Of a stretch of 64,000 nt of DNA, positions 37,442 through 52,329 are shown piece after piece. The stretch's first letter is position 1; the number at the start of each line of letters is the position of its first letter. Both the position numbers and the translations under genes were made by a program. Under the pieces are notes generated by a model. The model was not told where the DNA came from, searched no databases, and worked only from the letters and a program-made list of their open reading frames with translations. Location: NCBI RefSeq assembly GCF_001194135.2, contig NC_068985.1, forward strand, positions 2,595,070-2,659,069, read 5' to 3'. The DNA comes from Octopus bimaculoides (Eukaryota).

Positions 37442-39089
37442 GATATATGTGTGTATGTATGTTCATTTGTTCCCCCACCATCGCTGACAGTTGGTGTTGG
37501 TGTGTTTATGTCCTTGCAATTTATCAGTTCATCAAAAGAGACCAATAGAATAAGCACCGGGCTTAAAAAAGAAATAACTCCTGGGGTTGATCTGTTTGAC
37601 TAAAATTCTTCAAGGCAGGACCCTGTACAAAGAAAAGCATCGACAAACAAAGTCATCAATGTTGCAAAAGATACTTAGGGGATTTCTACAAAATACTGAT
37701 CTAAAAAGGGAGCTCTACCTGTGATATCTGTAAATTGAACGAAACAGAATGTGGGACACACACTCCCTTATATGAATCCAAACTCAAGGTTGACTTCAAT
37801 GACAAGACTTACTAAAGTAATCACTGAACTCTGTCTGAAGTTGAATGCTCTAAAATATTTGCTTTACAATTTCGTCTGCCATTACGTTCTGAGTTCAAAT
37901 TAAGCTGAGGTCGACTTTGCCTTTCATCCTTTCAGGGTCAATGAAATAAGTACCAGTTACACACTGGGGTCGATGTAATTGACTTAATCCCTTTGTCTGT
38001 CCTTGTTTGTCCCCTCTGTGTTTAGCCCCCATTCCCTGTGGGCAATAAAGAAATAAATATGTGCTTTGTATTCTCATGTGGATAGGTGAACAGATGCAAT
38101 GCAGAATAAAAGTGTTTTTTGAACGGAAAAAACAATGAAACCCTTGTAGTGGATTTGAACTCTTGACTCATAATCAGATAAATCCAGTCAATCATCTCAC
38201 CATTATTATAAAACACCCAACTCTGTAGTCTTCCAGGAAAATCAATTAACAGTTAATCAACCCCCTCATCCCCCCCAAGAACCTCTCTTCCACTACTATC
38301 AGCATGAACTGAAGGTGTAGGTGTGTAATGTAGTTTACAAAGCCTTGATGGTCTGTATTAGGAGAGGGAGGGGAATAATTTATAAAAGCTGTATCGTTTA
38401 TACCACCACAGGAAAAGCAAAGGCCTACATACTAAGAAAAAAAAACAAAAAGAAAAGAATCATTTAGCATGACTTGCAGATAACATGCATGTTTGGGGTT
38501 TGTTTTATGGAGAAATTGTGTGTGAAGACTTGTGGGGATTTATTAGCAGGGGGGGGGGGTATAGTAGGTGGCTCCATCAAACTGTTGCAAGAGTAAACAC
38601 AGGCAGGTGGCAGAACAGAAGCAACAGTTAATGGAAATCAATGGATTATCTTTATAATTTTCCGTTTTATCAAAATTTTGTTGCTGTTTAAAAAGAAAAC
38701 AAAAACATTTTATACACTTTTTTTTCTCTCTCTCTATTATAGCAGGAGTTAAATCATTCTAGAAACTAACAAATTTAATATATGAATTTCATGGGCAGGT
38801 GTTTTACAGTCGAATGCACTTTCTAATATTGGTTGCTCAACCATGAAGAGTGTTGTGATGACTGACACAGTAAAACCCCTGAGCTTTAAAACATTTAGTT
38901 CAATAAGTTAGCTCAGTGGGTTCAAATCCTTTCAACATTCACTTTACTTTGTCTTCCATTTATACAAAGTTGATAAAATAAGCAACAGGAGGGTCAATTC
39001 ATTTCACAAGGACTCTATTTCTCGACAAAAGATGGCTTCTGCTAACAACAACCAAAACCAGCTGTTGTTACCACCACCGCTTCCACCAC

Positions 39090-39600
39090 CATCATCATCG
39101 TTTAATGTCTGTTTTCCATGCTGGCATGGGTTGGACGGATCAACCGGGGTCTGGGAAGCCAGGATGTTGCACCAGGCTCCAGTCTGATCTGGCAGTGTTT
39201 CTACAGCTGGATGCCCTTCCCGATACCAACCACACCGTGAGTGTAGTGGGTACTTTTTATGTGCCACTGGCACAGGGGCCAGAGGAAGCTTCAACGACCA
39301 TGATTGGTTGGTGCTTTTTACGTGCCGCCAGCAAGGAAGCCAGTCAAGGTGGCGCTGGCATATTCCACATTCGGATGGTGCGTTTTACATGCCACTGGCA
39401 CAGGGACCACAACTACAATTTCCATTTGATTTTGATGTTGATGTACTTGACTCAACAGGTCTCCTCAAGCACAGTAGGTTGCCATACGATCCAAGGAACT
39501 TTTGAGTGGGCTGGTTATGCGACACTGGTGTACGTTACAGCTGTGAACTCACTTTATTTGCCGGGTCCTCTCAGTCACAGCATATCTCCAGAGGTCTCGT
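39090..39600 (-). mobile_element. SINE family B, longest copy, including upstream body
   Basis: Tail, subunits and about 200 bp of additional 5' body. Confidence 0.75.
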
Positions 39601-39617
39601 TCTCTTATAATATTCAA

Positions 39618-39651
<34 letters not shown>

Positions 39652-40689
39652 GTGTGGATAGGCTTAACATTTTTATGTCTGAATTTTGACTTTATTAATA
39701 CTTGTCTCACATTAACAAAATTAATCTCATATCAAAGTTAAATAATTCTACAATAACCAAACCAAACACTACAAAACACTCTCATGAGTTTTCATAAGTA
39801 ACAATTTTTCAAAAAAAAAAAAAAAGCAATAATTTATATGGCGGTTAGTTTAATTAAGGCACTAGAATAAAACTGAATTGCTTAGAGGCACAACAAAATT
39901 TGAATTATGGAAACTGATCAAAAATATGAAAAAGAAGGAGGAATATATTATGAAGCTGCCTCAGATATCTTATCTAGAAAGATATATTAAATTTCCAAAT
40001 GAAATTTTGAAATTTTAATTTTGAATTAAAAGTATATAAATTTAGAACTGTTTAAAAACATTGCTGACATTTTCTTACAAGTCTGAAAGAGAAACTTAAA
40101 AGGTAAACATAAGAACTTGATATGAAAATTATCAAGAAAATCAGTTTAAAAGTTTCCAATTCCATGATGGGACAATAATTGTAAATTCGGACAGGATTAA
40201 GTTGTGTGATATCTCCATTGCTTTTGTGAGATTCTTTTATCAGGGGTGTTAACTAAAGATGTCAACGAATGCAACATGCACAGAAAAACACACTATTTAA
40301 GTTATAAAATAAATTATTATGATTTACTCAATCTTTTCCCTTCTTTGCTGTTTTTTTTCACTTTGTGAGTAGATTTAGTAGATGGAAACTGAAAGAAGCC
40401 TGTCATATGTGTGTCTGTGTTTGTCCTCCCCCACTACTGCTTGACGACCAGTGTCAGTGTGTTTATGCCCCCCATAAACTTTGCAATTTGGCAAAACAGA
40501 CTAAAAGAAATCAGGCTTAAAAAAGTGCTGGGAATATATACCTGAGATGTACATTGCAAGGGGACAGAAGCCTTCCACACTCACGGCTCCTCTGTAATTT
40601 TTCTAAGAAACCCTAAGAGTAAGAACAGAGTGTACAACTGAGTGAAAAGTGTGCTCCAGGTTAATAGAAGAAGTTAGGTGGAGTAGCTC

Positions 40690-40845
40690 AGCCCTAGCTA
40701 AGTACTTTTCCAGGGTCTCACTAAGAAGAGGGTATCAGTGATATCCTGTTCTGGAATAAACTCAAACTGCATCTCATTCCAGTTAATTCTCCCTCTAATC
40801 AGTTGTGCTATTACTCCTTCAGAAACTATAACCATTGATACAAAT
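40690..40845 (-). mobile_element. RTE RT fragment
   Basis: VSEGVIAQLIRGRINWNEMQFEFIPEQDITDTLFLVR, homologous to the 42.5-kb copy. Confidence 0.65.
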
Positions 40846-41407
40846 CTGTGTAGAAGTGTGTGTGTGTGTGTGTGTGTCAGTGATTACTGACTGAGAGAAT
40901 GTTATGGTTGAAGGAAGTGTTTCTTAGTGTGGCTGTCAGCATTAAGTTTAAGTAAACAGCTCATTATTATAAGAAAGAAAAAAAAAGTGTTGACCACGAT
41001 GTATTGAAAGTAAGCAAAATAACAAACAAGATGCACCTTCAGAAAGAGCCAGCATTCTATTGTGCTTGGATTAGAAGCATTACTAAATGAATCACAATCT
41101 CCCATTGTTCACAGCATGTTCTATAGTTTTTCGCAGTATCGTACAGCAAACCTGCACAATGGAACTGAGTGCAACAAAAAGCAGGAAGGATTGATCAAGA
41201 TGCAAAATGCTTGTTATTTGATAGGGTAAAAACATTGAAGGGTTATCGAATCTGTTCATTTCACATGCTCTAATAGTGAAAACAGGAATCACACGGCAAC
41301 AAACAAGAAAACAAAAGTCGTAAACAAAATTGAAAATAAAACAATTTACATATACACACAGACACACACACACACTGGCATATTTACATATGTTCATATT
41401 AAATTAA

Positions 41408-41460
<53 letters not shown>

Positions 41461-42424
41461 ATTAAATATAACACCTTGTGGAGATTTGTTGTCACTATAT
41501 TCTGAGTTCAAATTCTTCTATGATTCATTGTACACTTTGTCTTTTCAATAGAATATGAACGGGAACAGTGCCCCAGCATGACCACAATCCAATTAGTGAG
41601 ACCACTAAATAAAAAGAAAAAAAGAAACCCCTCTCATTCTCACACATAAACATACGTATGCACACACACATTTAAATATACTTGTATGTATGTATATAAA
41701 TATCTACAGTTCAGGTGAATTGCACTTTTCCTCATACAGTTTCTAATACCATCATAGTGTATACACAGGCATATACTACCGTCCTTAAAGTTAAAATGTG
41801 TAATTAATTTCATAGATATCTGTCAGCATTTTCTGAATATTACAGAATGTTTATAAGGTTTCTCTGAAATACTATGACAAGTACAGATTGATATAGTGAA
41901 AGTTTAAAGACTTCAATCACAACTCTCAGTTTCATTACCATGCTTTCTTTCATTGATTTAGGTTTCAAACAAACACAATTTTCATATAACAGAGTGGGGC
42001 TTCATTCACTTAATACTCATAACAAATGAATATATACCTAACGATATAAGTATGAGTTGGCATATGTTAAATTTATATAAATGCAGACCTCCACCACATA
42101 CATTCGTCATATACATACAGAATCTTAGCTTGATAATGATGCCCAATTACAAGACTATTATATACTGCTCTACATCTTAGAGTGTACTTCTATTGGATTT
42201 ATGTATTCATTATCATCATCATCATCATCATCATCGTTTAATGTCCGCCTTCCATGCTAGCATGGGTTGGACGATTTGACTGATTACTGGTGAACCAGAT
42301 GGTTACACTAGGCTCCAATCTGATTTGGCAGAGTTTCTACGGCTGGATGCCAACCACTCTGAGAGTGTAGTGGGTGCTTTTACATGCAACCGGCACGAAG
42401 GCCAGTCAGGCGGTACATGGCCTG

Positions 42425-44215
42425 TACAGCTTTCACCAGCCACTCTTCCACCCCTAGCCTCCTCAGAGCCCATCTTATTACACAGTGGGGTACTTTATCA
42501 AAGATTTTCCTCTAGATCAACAAATGCCAAGTATAATGGTTTATTCTTAGCTAAGTACTTCTCTTGCAGTTGCCTGACTATGAAAATAGACTGAATTTCA
42601 TCTAGCCTAATTATGCACCTAATTAACTGGGCTATAACTCTCTCAGTAATTTTCATCACCTGGTCAAGCAGTTTCATGCTTCTGTCTAAAGCATCACCCT
42701 TACCCTTGTAGCAGCTAACAATTATGATGCTACACCAGTCATTGAGTATCACACCTTCCTGAATGACCTTATGTGGGTGACTAGCATGTACCCTACTTTA
42801 CTGGATATTTTGAACATCTTAGCCATGATTCTGGATGGACCAGTGAATTTTTCGCTTCTCATGGTTTTAATTGCCTTATCTACCATACTGTTGTCCACTA
42901 GGATAGCTGGTCTCTCTGTTGGGTTCACATGAGGGAAACTCTCTTTATCCCATTCACTCTCTGCATTCAACAGTCTCACAGTAACTTTACCATGCCTCTT
43001 CTCCACATCACTAAGTGCAAGCATGCCATTATCTATCCTACTTCTCTCCTACATCTCGATTCTTACAGACACACGATCTGGCAAACCTGACCTCCTCAAG
43101 ACTCTGATCTTCATGTCATATGACTTTGGCAGACCTCTTCTTTTCTGCTTCTACCCTAGCTAGACAGGCCTGGCGTCTAGCTTCCCTTTTAGCCTCTTGA
43201 TAAGATTCTGAGCTACCACCCCTCATTTCCACTCTTTCTAGGCCCATCTTTTCTCTTTTATGGCCCTGCTAATGCCACTGTTCCACCAACATGTCATGTT
43301 CGGTCTAGCAGGAACTTTGTTCCAACCATAAATTTGGTCTGTTGCCCCTAGTAGATTATTCTGTAGGAACTTCCAGTTGTCCTCTATAACATATGTCTCT
43401 ATCTCTCTCTCCTTCTCATCATAGGTCTTAGTGTGGACATCTCTAAATCTCTGCCCATTTGAGGGATCCTTGAGCTTCCACAGCCTCTGTTTCCATATTG
43501 GTTTGTGTCTCAAGATCTTTCCAGCCCTAAGCCTGAAGTCACTAATCACTAGCTTATGCTGAGTTGTACATTTTTCCTCTGGGAAGGATTTTACATTTAC
43601 GAGCATATACCTATCCCTGTGTCTGGTGAGGATGTAGTCAAAGTGGTTTGTGTATACCTCGGATTGATAAGTGATCAGATGGTTGGCAGGTTTTCTGAAG
43701 TTGGTGTTGCAGACCAGTAAGCCATGAGAATTGCAAAACTCCAGCAGCCTTGTCCCCTCCGTAGTCACCATGTACACCCTGAAATCCATCGGATGTTGTC
43801 CAACATGTCCATGTCCATTGAAGTCCCCTGCCATGATGTCATCGTCTTTTGTCATTAAGGTGGTCCTCAGAAGAGATTCATAGAAGTGGTCCTTCTGAGC
43901 ATCTGCAAGTCTGGCATGTGGAGCATATGCAGAGATAGTTGACACAGTTACATCAGACAAGGTTATTCTTAGCTTACTAATCCTATCACATACCTTGACT
44001 ACCCCAATCACCTTTTGCACCCATTTCTCTGCTAGTAGAATACCTAGGCCTTTATTGTTGCTTTCCCTGGAAAATTTGTATCTACGCCCTTTCCCCGTAA
44101 GCAGTCTAGCTGAGGCTCCCCTCCATCATACCTCGTGAACACAGCACACATCTACATATCTCCGCTCAAGCATCTCAACTATCTCTCCAGACCTACCTTT
44201 AATAGTGCCATCAGT
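42425..44215 (-). mobile_element. RTE-clade LINE, degraded; AP endonuclease through the start of RT
   Basis: GTIKGRSGEIVEMLERRYVDVCCVHEV*W, ISAYAPH, MAGDFNGH, DYILTR, TQHKLVISDF (APE); KGKGDALDR...IFIVRQLQEKYLAKNKPLYLAFVDLE (RT). Contains stops and frameshifts. Confidence 0.92.
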
Positions 44216-47200
44216 GATTGTGCCAGAACTGGGAAGAAGGTTGGGGGAATTCTTCAGTTTCTGGAAAGGAAAAGATCTTTGGGGATGCATGCTTGGAGGC
44301 TGCAAGTCCTTCTGAATTAGGTAGACAAATATTACAATAACATTTTCAATTTCCTATGTCTAGGGGCTGTAGATGTTTGTTTTTATGTTCAGTTACAATA
44401 AAACAATTTTACATAAACTAGGAGTTGTTCTATACTGTTGCAGATAATTTAAATTCATTATTCTTAAAGAAGGATAGTAATGATAGTGACATTGAAGGGA
44501 TTAAATCCAATAAAACTGAAAATATCTAAAGCAACTAACACATCTTGTACCTACCGAATACAAAAGGACACACCTCAATAAGCACACTTGTTTACAAAGT
44601 TCTATATACATGGGGAAATTCTAATTTAATCAATAAAACTTTCTCCAAAGCATTTCTCCATAACAACCAACCCTAAAACCTAATTACCACTCTACTCAAA
44701 CACACACAGCTGAGCAACAGGGACTGTAGAAAGCCAAGATTAACTTCAGTACATCACAGTCTGATGATGGCTTAGCTGGCCAAAACTTTGAAGTCACTGT
44801 CAATAATATTTTAGTCTAAGAATAATGTATGTATGTATGTATAGCTATTTATAAGCATTTATGCAGAGACACAAAAGAGCATTGATATTTGTTCATTGAT
44901 TATTTTCAAAGAAAACTATTTAATATTTAAGATGAAACTAAGATGGTTAATCTATACATGTGTATTTTTGCAAGTAGGCTGTCCATGTGGTGATACAGTC
45001 AGTTACATACATTCACAATGTGTGATACAGATGTGATACAATCAGTTACATATATTTACATATTGGGATTTGGTCATCTGAAATAGTTAACATCATTTAT
45101 CTGTAATATCTTCATCATTTTCTGGCATGAACTAGAATGTAGGTAATGAAGTGGAGGCAACAGATGGTATTTCCGGGAATTTGGCACAAATGAATGAAAA
45201 GGACTCAGTGATGCAACAGTGCCAATATTAAATATTGGCAGTGACAACCAATGTTGCAAATTAAGAAATGATGCTAACAGTATTTCTTATTCCACTAACA
45301 ACATTAGAAGACTTATAAAGAAGCCAGCTCTGGCCCCTTTCTTCTTAATTATGGCAAATAAATTTTCATTTCATTTTACAGTTGGGATTAGATTCTCCAA
45401 ATCATGAAGAAGTCTTTTATATGAAGGCATGACTGTGCATAATAAAGCTTGCTTCTCAATCATGTAGTTTTGGGTTCAGTCCCACTGTGTGGTACCTTGG
45501 GCAAGTATTGTCAGTTATAGCCCAGAGTCAATTAAAGCCTTGTAAGTGGATTTGGGAGATAGAAACTGAAAGAAGCCTACCACACACATCTTTGTCTTTG
45601 ATTTGCAAGATCCTTTATGTGAATTAAAGTGTTGAAAGAGATTTCACTGTCTTTTGGGAGGGTCATTACACCAATAAAAATAACTGCATGTTTATTATTA
45701 TTTGCATAATGACTCTCCCAAGACACACCAAGTTATGTGTGTATATACGTGCATGTATGTATATGTATGTGTGAGTGAGTTCTTGCCTTCACAGGTGTTT
45801 TTGCTGGTCGTAAACATTGGCTTTACTAAAGATGTCATTTGTTTGCAGTCCACTAAGAAAGAATGTTCAGGACGTTTGTTGTTTAACAGCATGGGAAATG
45901 ATCTCACTTGGAAACAGGTTGGGGCTGGTGACAGAAAGGGCATCTAGCCATAGAAAACTCTGCCCCAACATTCTTCCCTTGATCGGACAGTATCACCATC
46001 GTCATCAATTTAATGCTTATTTTCCCATGCTCTCAAGGCAAGAATATTTCACTTGCATGCTTTTCAATACATTTTGTTTTCTCCTAAATGAGCGTTATGA
46101 GTGAAGTACTGCTTTTCATTATAGAGCAGCAAAACAAACTGTATTGTCATTGGAAGCTTTGATGGGTTCATAGAAGGTCTTCTAGGTTTTTTTCTATTGA
46201 TGATGTCCTTTTTGGTTTTTAATTTCTTCCTTCAGAAAGAAGAGCCACATATTTCAATAGTTATGTTTAATTATTTATTTGTATGACACTCGCTAGGGAT
46301 AAAATATTATTCTTTTCATGAGTATTGTTGATATTTAACCACATATAAGCTCAGATCAAGCAAGCTGTTAATTGAAAACATTCAATGACGATATTTTTTC
46401 CCCTGGGGCACTAGATATAAGCATAGGTGTGTGGTTGAGAAGTTTGCTTCGCAATCACATGGTTCTGAGATTAGTACCGCTTTGTGCCATTTAGTGTGAG
46501 AAAAATACCTTAGGAATGAGAACCCAGGTTTGAAATTTCCCCAAGATGAGGACAAATATCCATCAAATGTAAATAATGTACAATCAATTTTAATCACAAT
46601 GCATGGGTTTGTCCAAGGAGTGACACAGTGGATTGAACCAGGGACCTTGTAATTGCTTCTGATCAATTCAGTAATACTTTCTGTGTCATGCACTGTTATA
46701 ATGTAGTGCTAAATACTCTTAGAGTCTGAGAAAAGGTTGGATGGTCACAGCTGGAATAGTTTTGACCATGAGCAAACTTGACTGGGGTTAAACGAAAATA
46801 GAGAACAGGGCATGTACACACATATATATTCTTGTATACACACCACTGAAATACATACACAATAATACAGCATCCTCCCACTAAAAAAAATACAAAAAAA
46901 AATGGGAGGGAAGGAGGGAGGGAGGGGGAAATCCTGTGTGAAGCAAGCATGCAAATCAGGAGATATTAAAATATGTAAAAACATGTAAAAACAGGAAGTA
47001 CACAACAAATGATATGAACTGCAAAACAAAAAGAAAAAAAAAAAAGAAAAAAAGGCTTGTGACTAAATGACAAAAGCTAAAATATAAGATCCTTGCTTTC
47101 TATTTTGAAGGGAAACTGACAACAATATATAAAGTTTATCTCTTCCATATTTCCTTTTTTTTTTCTCTGAGTTTTGTTTATTGTTGTTGTTGTAGGAAAG

Positions 47201-47589
47201 TTATTGTCACTTTGTCATGCCTTTCATTCTTTTTGTTTTTTAATCAAATTTCATTTTGCGACTGCATCTGCATGTGTTACATTGAGGTCTTCTATGTAAA
47301 TTTATTATAAATAACACCCCTCACACACACACATGCACAAGAGTTCATGCTTATATGATCATATAGTTATCTATTTATACATACACACACACACACACAT
47401 TTAGAAAAACAGGCAGATAGGAGAAAATAGAGATTAACAATATTTTGAATATTAAGCATATATTCATGTGTGTATTGTGAGATGTAAATCACCATAGCAA
47501 CACCACATGATGTTTGACTTCAACTACACAAACAGCTTTCTATATGTGACACTGCTGGAGTCATCAGCTCCATCGCCACCACCACCACC

Positions 47590-47960
47590 ACCATTACCAC
47601 AACTAATTTAACATCTCTACAACAAGGCATTCCCTATGCATCTCTATCAAGCATTATCTCATCGTGGAAAGCCAGAACTTCAAGGTTCTGCTTTAATTAC
47701 CTGACACTGAATGGATTAAAAGCCTAACTCCATCCCATGATCCTGCATTGTACCCTCTCGTGATAATTTTTCTTCCAGAATTCATTTATTCATATTACAT
47801 GGCCTTATCAACACAGTCCCTTTACTTGCATATATCAGTTGGTGTTTTTCGTAATCCAAACGCTATGTCAATTCACTGGGGCTCAACCTATCACTGTCAA
47901 GTTCACGCTGCACATCTAATGGACCAGACGTAACTTATTCTTTCCCAATCATTAAATGAC
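47590..47960 (+). mobile_element. Probable CR1-like RT C-terminal fragment
   Basis: Degraded similarity to the late RT region; multiple stops. Confidence 0.35.
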
Positions 47961-50226
47961 CCCAAATGTCACCACCAAACAGCAGTATTGCAAAATATAT
48001 CACACATACACAATAAACACCCATTAATGTCTGCTACAGACACACAAATGCACAAACCCCAGTGGTTTCTCTTTTTCATAATATGCCTGGCACCACTTGC
48101 TCCATGTTGCTCCCATTACAAATAAAAAATAAAAAAGAGAAAACCAACAGGACAACATTCTTTTCACCTGTTTAATCAACCTAGGTCCGTCCTTATCTGG
48201 TCACCCAATCTTTTTTATATCTTTTAAAATTTCCTTCAGTCATGAGACTGCGGCCATGCTGGGGCATTACTTTGAAGAATTTTTTGTCAAATGAATCGAA
48301 TCCCAGTGCTTATTTCTCTTTTTCAAGTCTGGTACTTATTCTATCGCTCTCTGTTGCTGAACTGTTAAGTTACAGGAATGTAAACACACCAACACCAGCT
48401 ATCAAGAGGTGGTAGTGGTGGTGGTGGTGGAAGGCAAATACAGACACCAAGACACACACATATATATATATATATATCTATATATATATATAGATATATA
48501 TATATATATATGACAAGCTTCTTTTAGTTTCCATCAACCAAATCCACTCACAAGGTTTTCATCAGCCTGTGGCTATAGTAGAAAACACTTGCCCAAAGTG
48601 CCACACAGTGGGACTGAACTCAGAACCATGTGGTTGGAAGCAAATTTTTTTATCACACAGTTACACCAGCACCTGTATGAATTACTATTCTTTTTAATTT
48701 GAATCTTCATCAACTATTTTGATTAAGATAAGAAATTACATTCTAGGGGAGGGTTAAAGCCTATTAAATCTTGTCAACTTAGGACAAAAAAACAAAACAA
48801 AACAAAACAAAACGAAAAAGTCAACCATTATTCTTTTCTTCTCTAGACACAAGACCCAGAATTTTGGGGGATGTGGGGCTAGTCAATTAGGTCGACCCCA
48901 TTACACAACTGGTATTTAATTTATCGACCTCGAAAGGATGAAAGGCAAAGTTGACCTTGGCAGAATTTGAACTTGGAACATAAAGACAGATGAAATACCA
49001 GTAAGCATTTTGCCCAGCGTGCTAGCGTTTCTGCCAGTTCGCTGCCTTCAACCATTATTATTAGAATGCAATGGGATGTAATATAGTCTGGTTGTCTACC
49101 AATTCTACCAACCTGTTGCTAGCCATGCTAATTCTGTACTTACCAACTGACCAACACTACATATTGTACACATTTTCAAAATAACACATAGAATTACACA
49201 TACAGTATAATTATCTGACACATGCATGGGCATATGTATATTGAATAGTTCTGCAGCAATGAGCCAATCAACTTTCAAACTTCAAATATAGTTGAATGTC
49301 TTCTTTATATTCACAAAGAATTCTTTGTGAAGAGTAGAGCCTCTTCACGGTATCGACCAGACTATCAGATGTTGTTATACATCACTGATCACAATGCTCT
49401 TCGCACTGTTTTAGCTTTCCAATGGTACCACCCTGCTGGTTAGGCAAGAGGGCCAACGTTCCTCCGGCTCAGAAGGTTATTCCATTGCAGGGTTCACCCA
49501 TTTGCAGCTGAGTGGACTGAAGCACATGAAATGAAGTGTTTTGCTCAAGAACACAATGTGCTACCCAGTCCAGGAATCGAACCCATGATTTTGTGATTGT
49601 GAGAGCAGCAGCCTAACTACTAGGCTGTGCACCTTTTAAGTAGAGCTGATTAGATCAGTTAATCCCCGAGAGTTGCTTTTATAAATCATTACACAACTGA
49701 GTGTAATCCTTCTAGATCAGTCACATGGCTGAGAGCCATCTTTCTAAAGAAGCTGCACAGCTTTGAGACTATTCGGTCAATTGCATATTTGTGCATGCAT
49801 TTCGGTGCAGTGTCTGACTGGCGACAAGAAATTTGAATGCAAGTCTAAAATTATTTGTACAATCATAGAAACACACTATCTCTCCTCCTCAGTTTGAAAG
49901 GGGGGGGGGTGAGGGAAGATGAATACTGTTTAAAATATTCAACAATACAACAAGCTATGAATATTCCAACACTTGCCATACCTAGCTTCATCATGATTAC
50001 AATTATCATGAGCAGACTGTTTATTTTCAATATTATCAAGACTTAAAATATCTGTAAACTACTTCATGAAAAAATTATATTGTGGAACAACCATTTTAGC
50101 CATTTGAGATACACAAAAAATTAAATATATTTTTCATTTATTTCAGCAGGTGTTGACCATTGTTATTGTCCAACTGTGACATAGTGACAAAACTCAAAAA
50201 ATATTTACAAACTTTATTGACATTAT

Positions 50227-50264
<38 letters not shown>

Positions 50265-51589
50265 GTGTGTGGTGCTACATAAAAAGCACCCAGTACACTG
50301 TGTAATGGGGTTGATGTTAGGAAGGGCATCTAGCTGCAGAAACCAGGCCAAAACAGACAACAGAATCTGGTGCATCTCCTGCCCTTGCCAACTACTGTCA
50401 AACCATCCAACCCATGACAGCATGGAAAATAGATGTTGAATGATGAAGATGATGATAGGGGTGGTGTAGATAAGGGGTCCTCATGTCATCCATAATATAT
50501 TGAAGCTTTTAATTTAAACATGAACATTTCAGTACAGACAGTGTTTAGCAGATTAGTATTAAAAGATTGAAGTTGTATATAGCTTGATTCAAATATGGCT
50601 AAACATAAAAAAAAAAAAAATGATCGACCTAAATTTTCTGAGTGTATCTGCATATATATGAGTAAATATAGATGTTAAAACAATAAAGATTATGATGTTT
50701 GTGTGTGCATGTAGCAGCAATTGAAGTACTGGTCTGATTATACTTGTTCAGTTCAAAAATCAACCAGAAAGAATGGCAACTAATTTTGGGCACATTTAAC
50801 TTTGCTAATAGAATGTTTGTTTGAATAGTATAAGACAGGGTTATAGTGTGTTTAGCATACAAAGAGAGAAACGAGATAAGATCAACTAAATTCTTTGGCA
50901 CATTTGCAGCTCTCTTTAGAATTGTGGATTAAAAAGTGAACCAAGTGCTTTACTTATTTATGAATGGTTGAACATAGAAAAAAAAAAATCACTAATTTAA
51001 AGAAAAAAAAAAGACACCATCAAGAATTCAATAAAACTAAGGGATGGAATATGTTAAGGTGGGGTGGAGAGCAGTTGATAAAATTAATAAAATAAGGTAA
51101 GTTTGCATGCTGTAAAGAGATGTTAGTTCTGATATTTCAAGCGTGGCCTTTCTTCTAAGAAATGAGAAGTGTGAACATCAGAACTCAGTTCTCCTCACGC
51201 ACACTTGTCTTATTTTATTAGTAAGAAACATGAGCTTCAAGGGAAGCATACAAACAAGAGATGGGGGGTCGGCTTAAGGGAGATCAGATGCACAGTGATT
51301 GATTGATATTTAAAAGGAGCAGCAGTTTCTATCCTATGTATGGTTAAGATGAGTGGAGTAATTGATATGGTGGTGCAACTTCAAGCTTATTTCATTTCCT
51401 ATTTTAGTTCAACTTCCATAACACTAGACAACAAAGATATGGTACAGGAAAAAAAAAAACAAAAACTGTTGTTGCTAGGTAAATTCAAGTCATTATTTAG
51501 AATTTTTTTTATCATGTCCAGATTTTTTGAAATTTAATTCTTGTTAGTTTGTGCATGCATTAAGATTGATACATAGTCTTACTTGTTTT

Positions 51590-52110
51590 CACATGACAGG
51601 GTGCAAATATAATTACTTTCACAGATGCAGAGCAGTAATTAAGAATGCCATCAAATAGACTTGCTTGGATAAATCAACCAGACAACTCTAGGTCTGTGAA
51701 CAATGTACACTCATTCAACAGAGTAACACCGTCAAAGCTGAAGCTTGAAAGTAATATTTTGGTTGTAAGGTAGGAGATCAAAACAAGGATTGGGCTCCAC
51801 ATATTGGCCATGCACAGTACAATGCAGTGTTAATTAACAATCTGGCTGAATACTAACAGGAAAGCAATTCCATTCACAGTATCTGTGATTTTGTATGACG
51901 AAGATCCTGAAGAGTGGAGACTTTTCATTAAATCTAGTAAAGTGGCTCTTAAAGCTGTCTTACTCCACAATACCAACGAGAAACCTTCAATAACTGTAGA
52001 AATAGCACTGATCTTCAGAAAACTTGTGAAAACAAGAGACTATTGTTGAGGATCAGCAAATACAAGGAGCACGCATGAAACATTGGCGTCACCTTAAAGT
52101 TATATTATTG
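51590..52110 (+). mobile_element. DNA transposase relic, tentatively Chapaev-3 (CMC) type
   Basis: YFGCKVGDQNKDWAPHI and DPEEWRLFIKSSKVALKAVLLHN, juxtaposed by a large internal deletion. The family name is from memory. Confidence 0.65.
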
Positions 52111-52329
52111 CTTCTTGGCTAACAGCTGGGCAACAAAAAAAGAAGTAACTTGTTGTTTCTAAGGGAATAACAGAGTTTATAAAAGCAAAAGCAGTTAAAA
52201 GCTGATGCTGATGGATCAGAGAGAGCCATGGTGTCATCTGTGAGTCATCACTTGCCTCAAAAAGAACAAAAAAAAAAACAGAACTGAGAACATGAAGATC
52301 TCTAAGGACAAACTCAGTGCATTATCTCT

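Noticed and set aside
41030-41280. Minus-strand acceptor-like sites with short open frames (e.g. LLYDTAKNYRTCCEQWEIVIHLV)
   Set aside because: No recognisable homology and no consistent donor; cannot be supported without RNA data.
44756-44800. CTGATGA-tggc...gcc-AAAAC as a hammerhead
   Set aside because: G12 is missing and stem III cannot form; at best a decayed relic.
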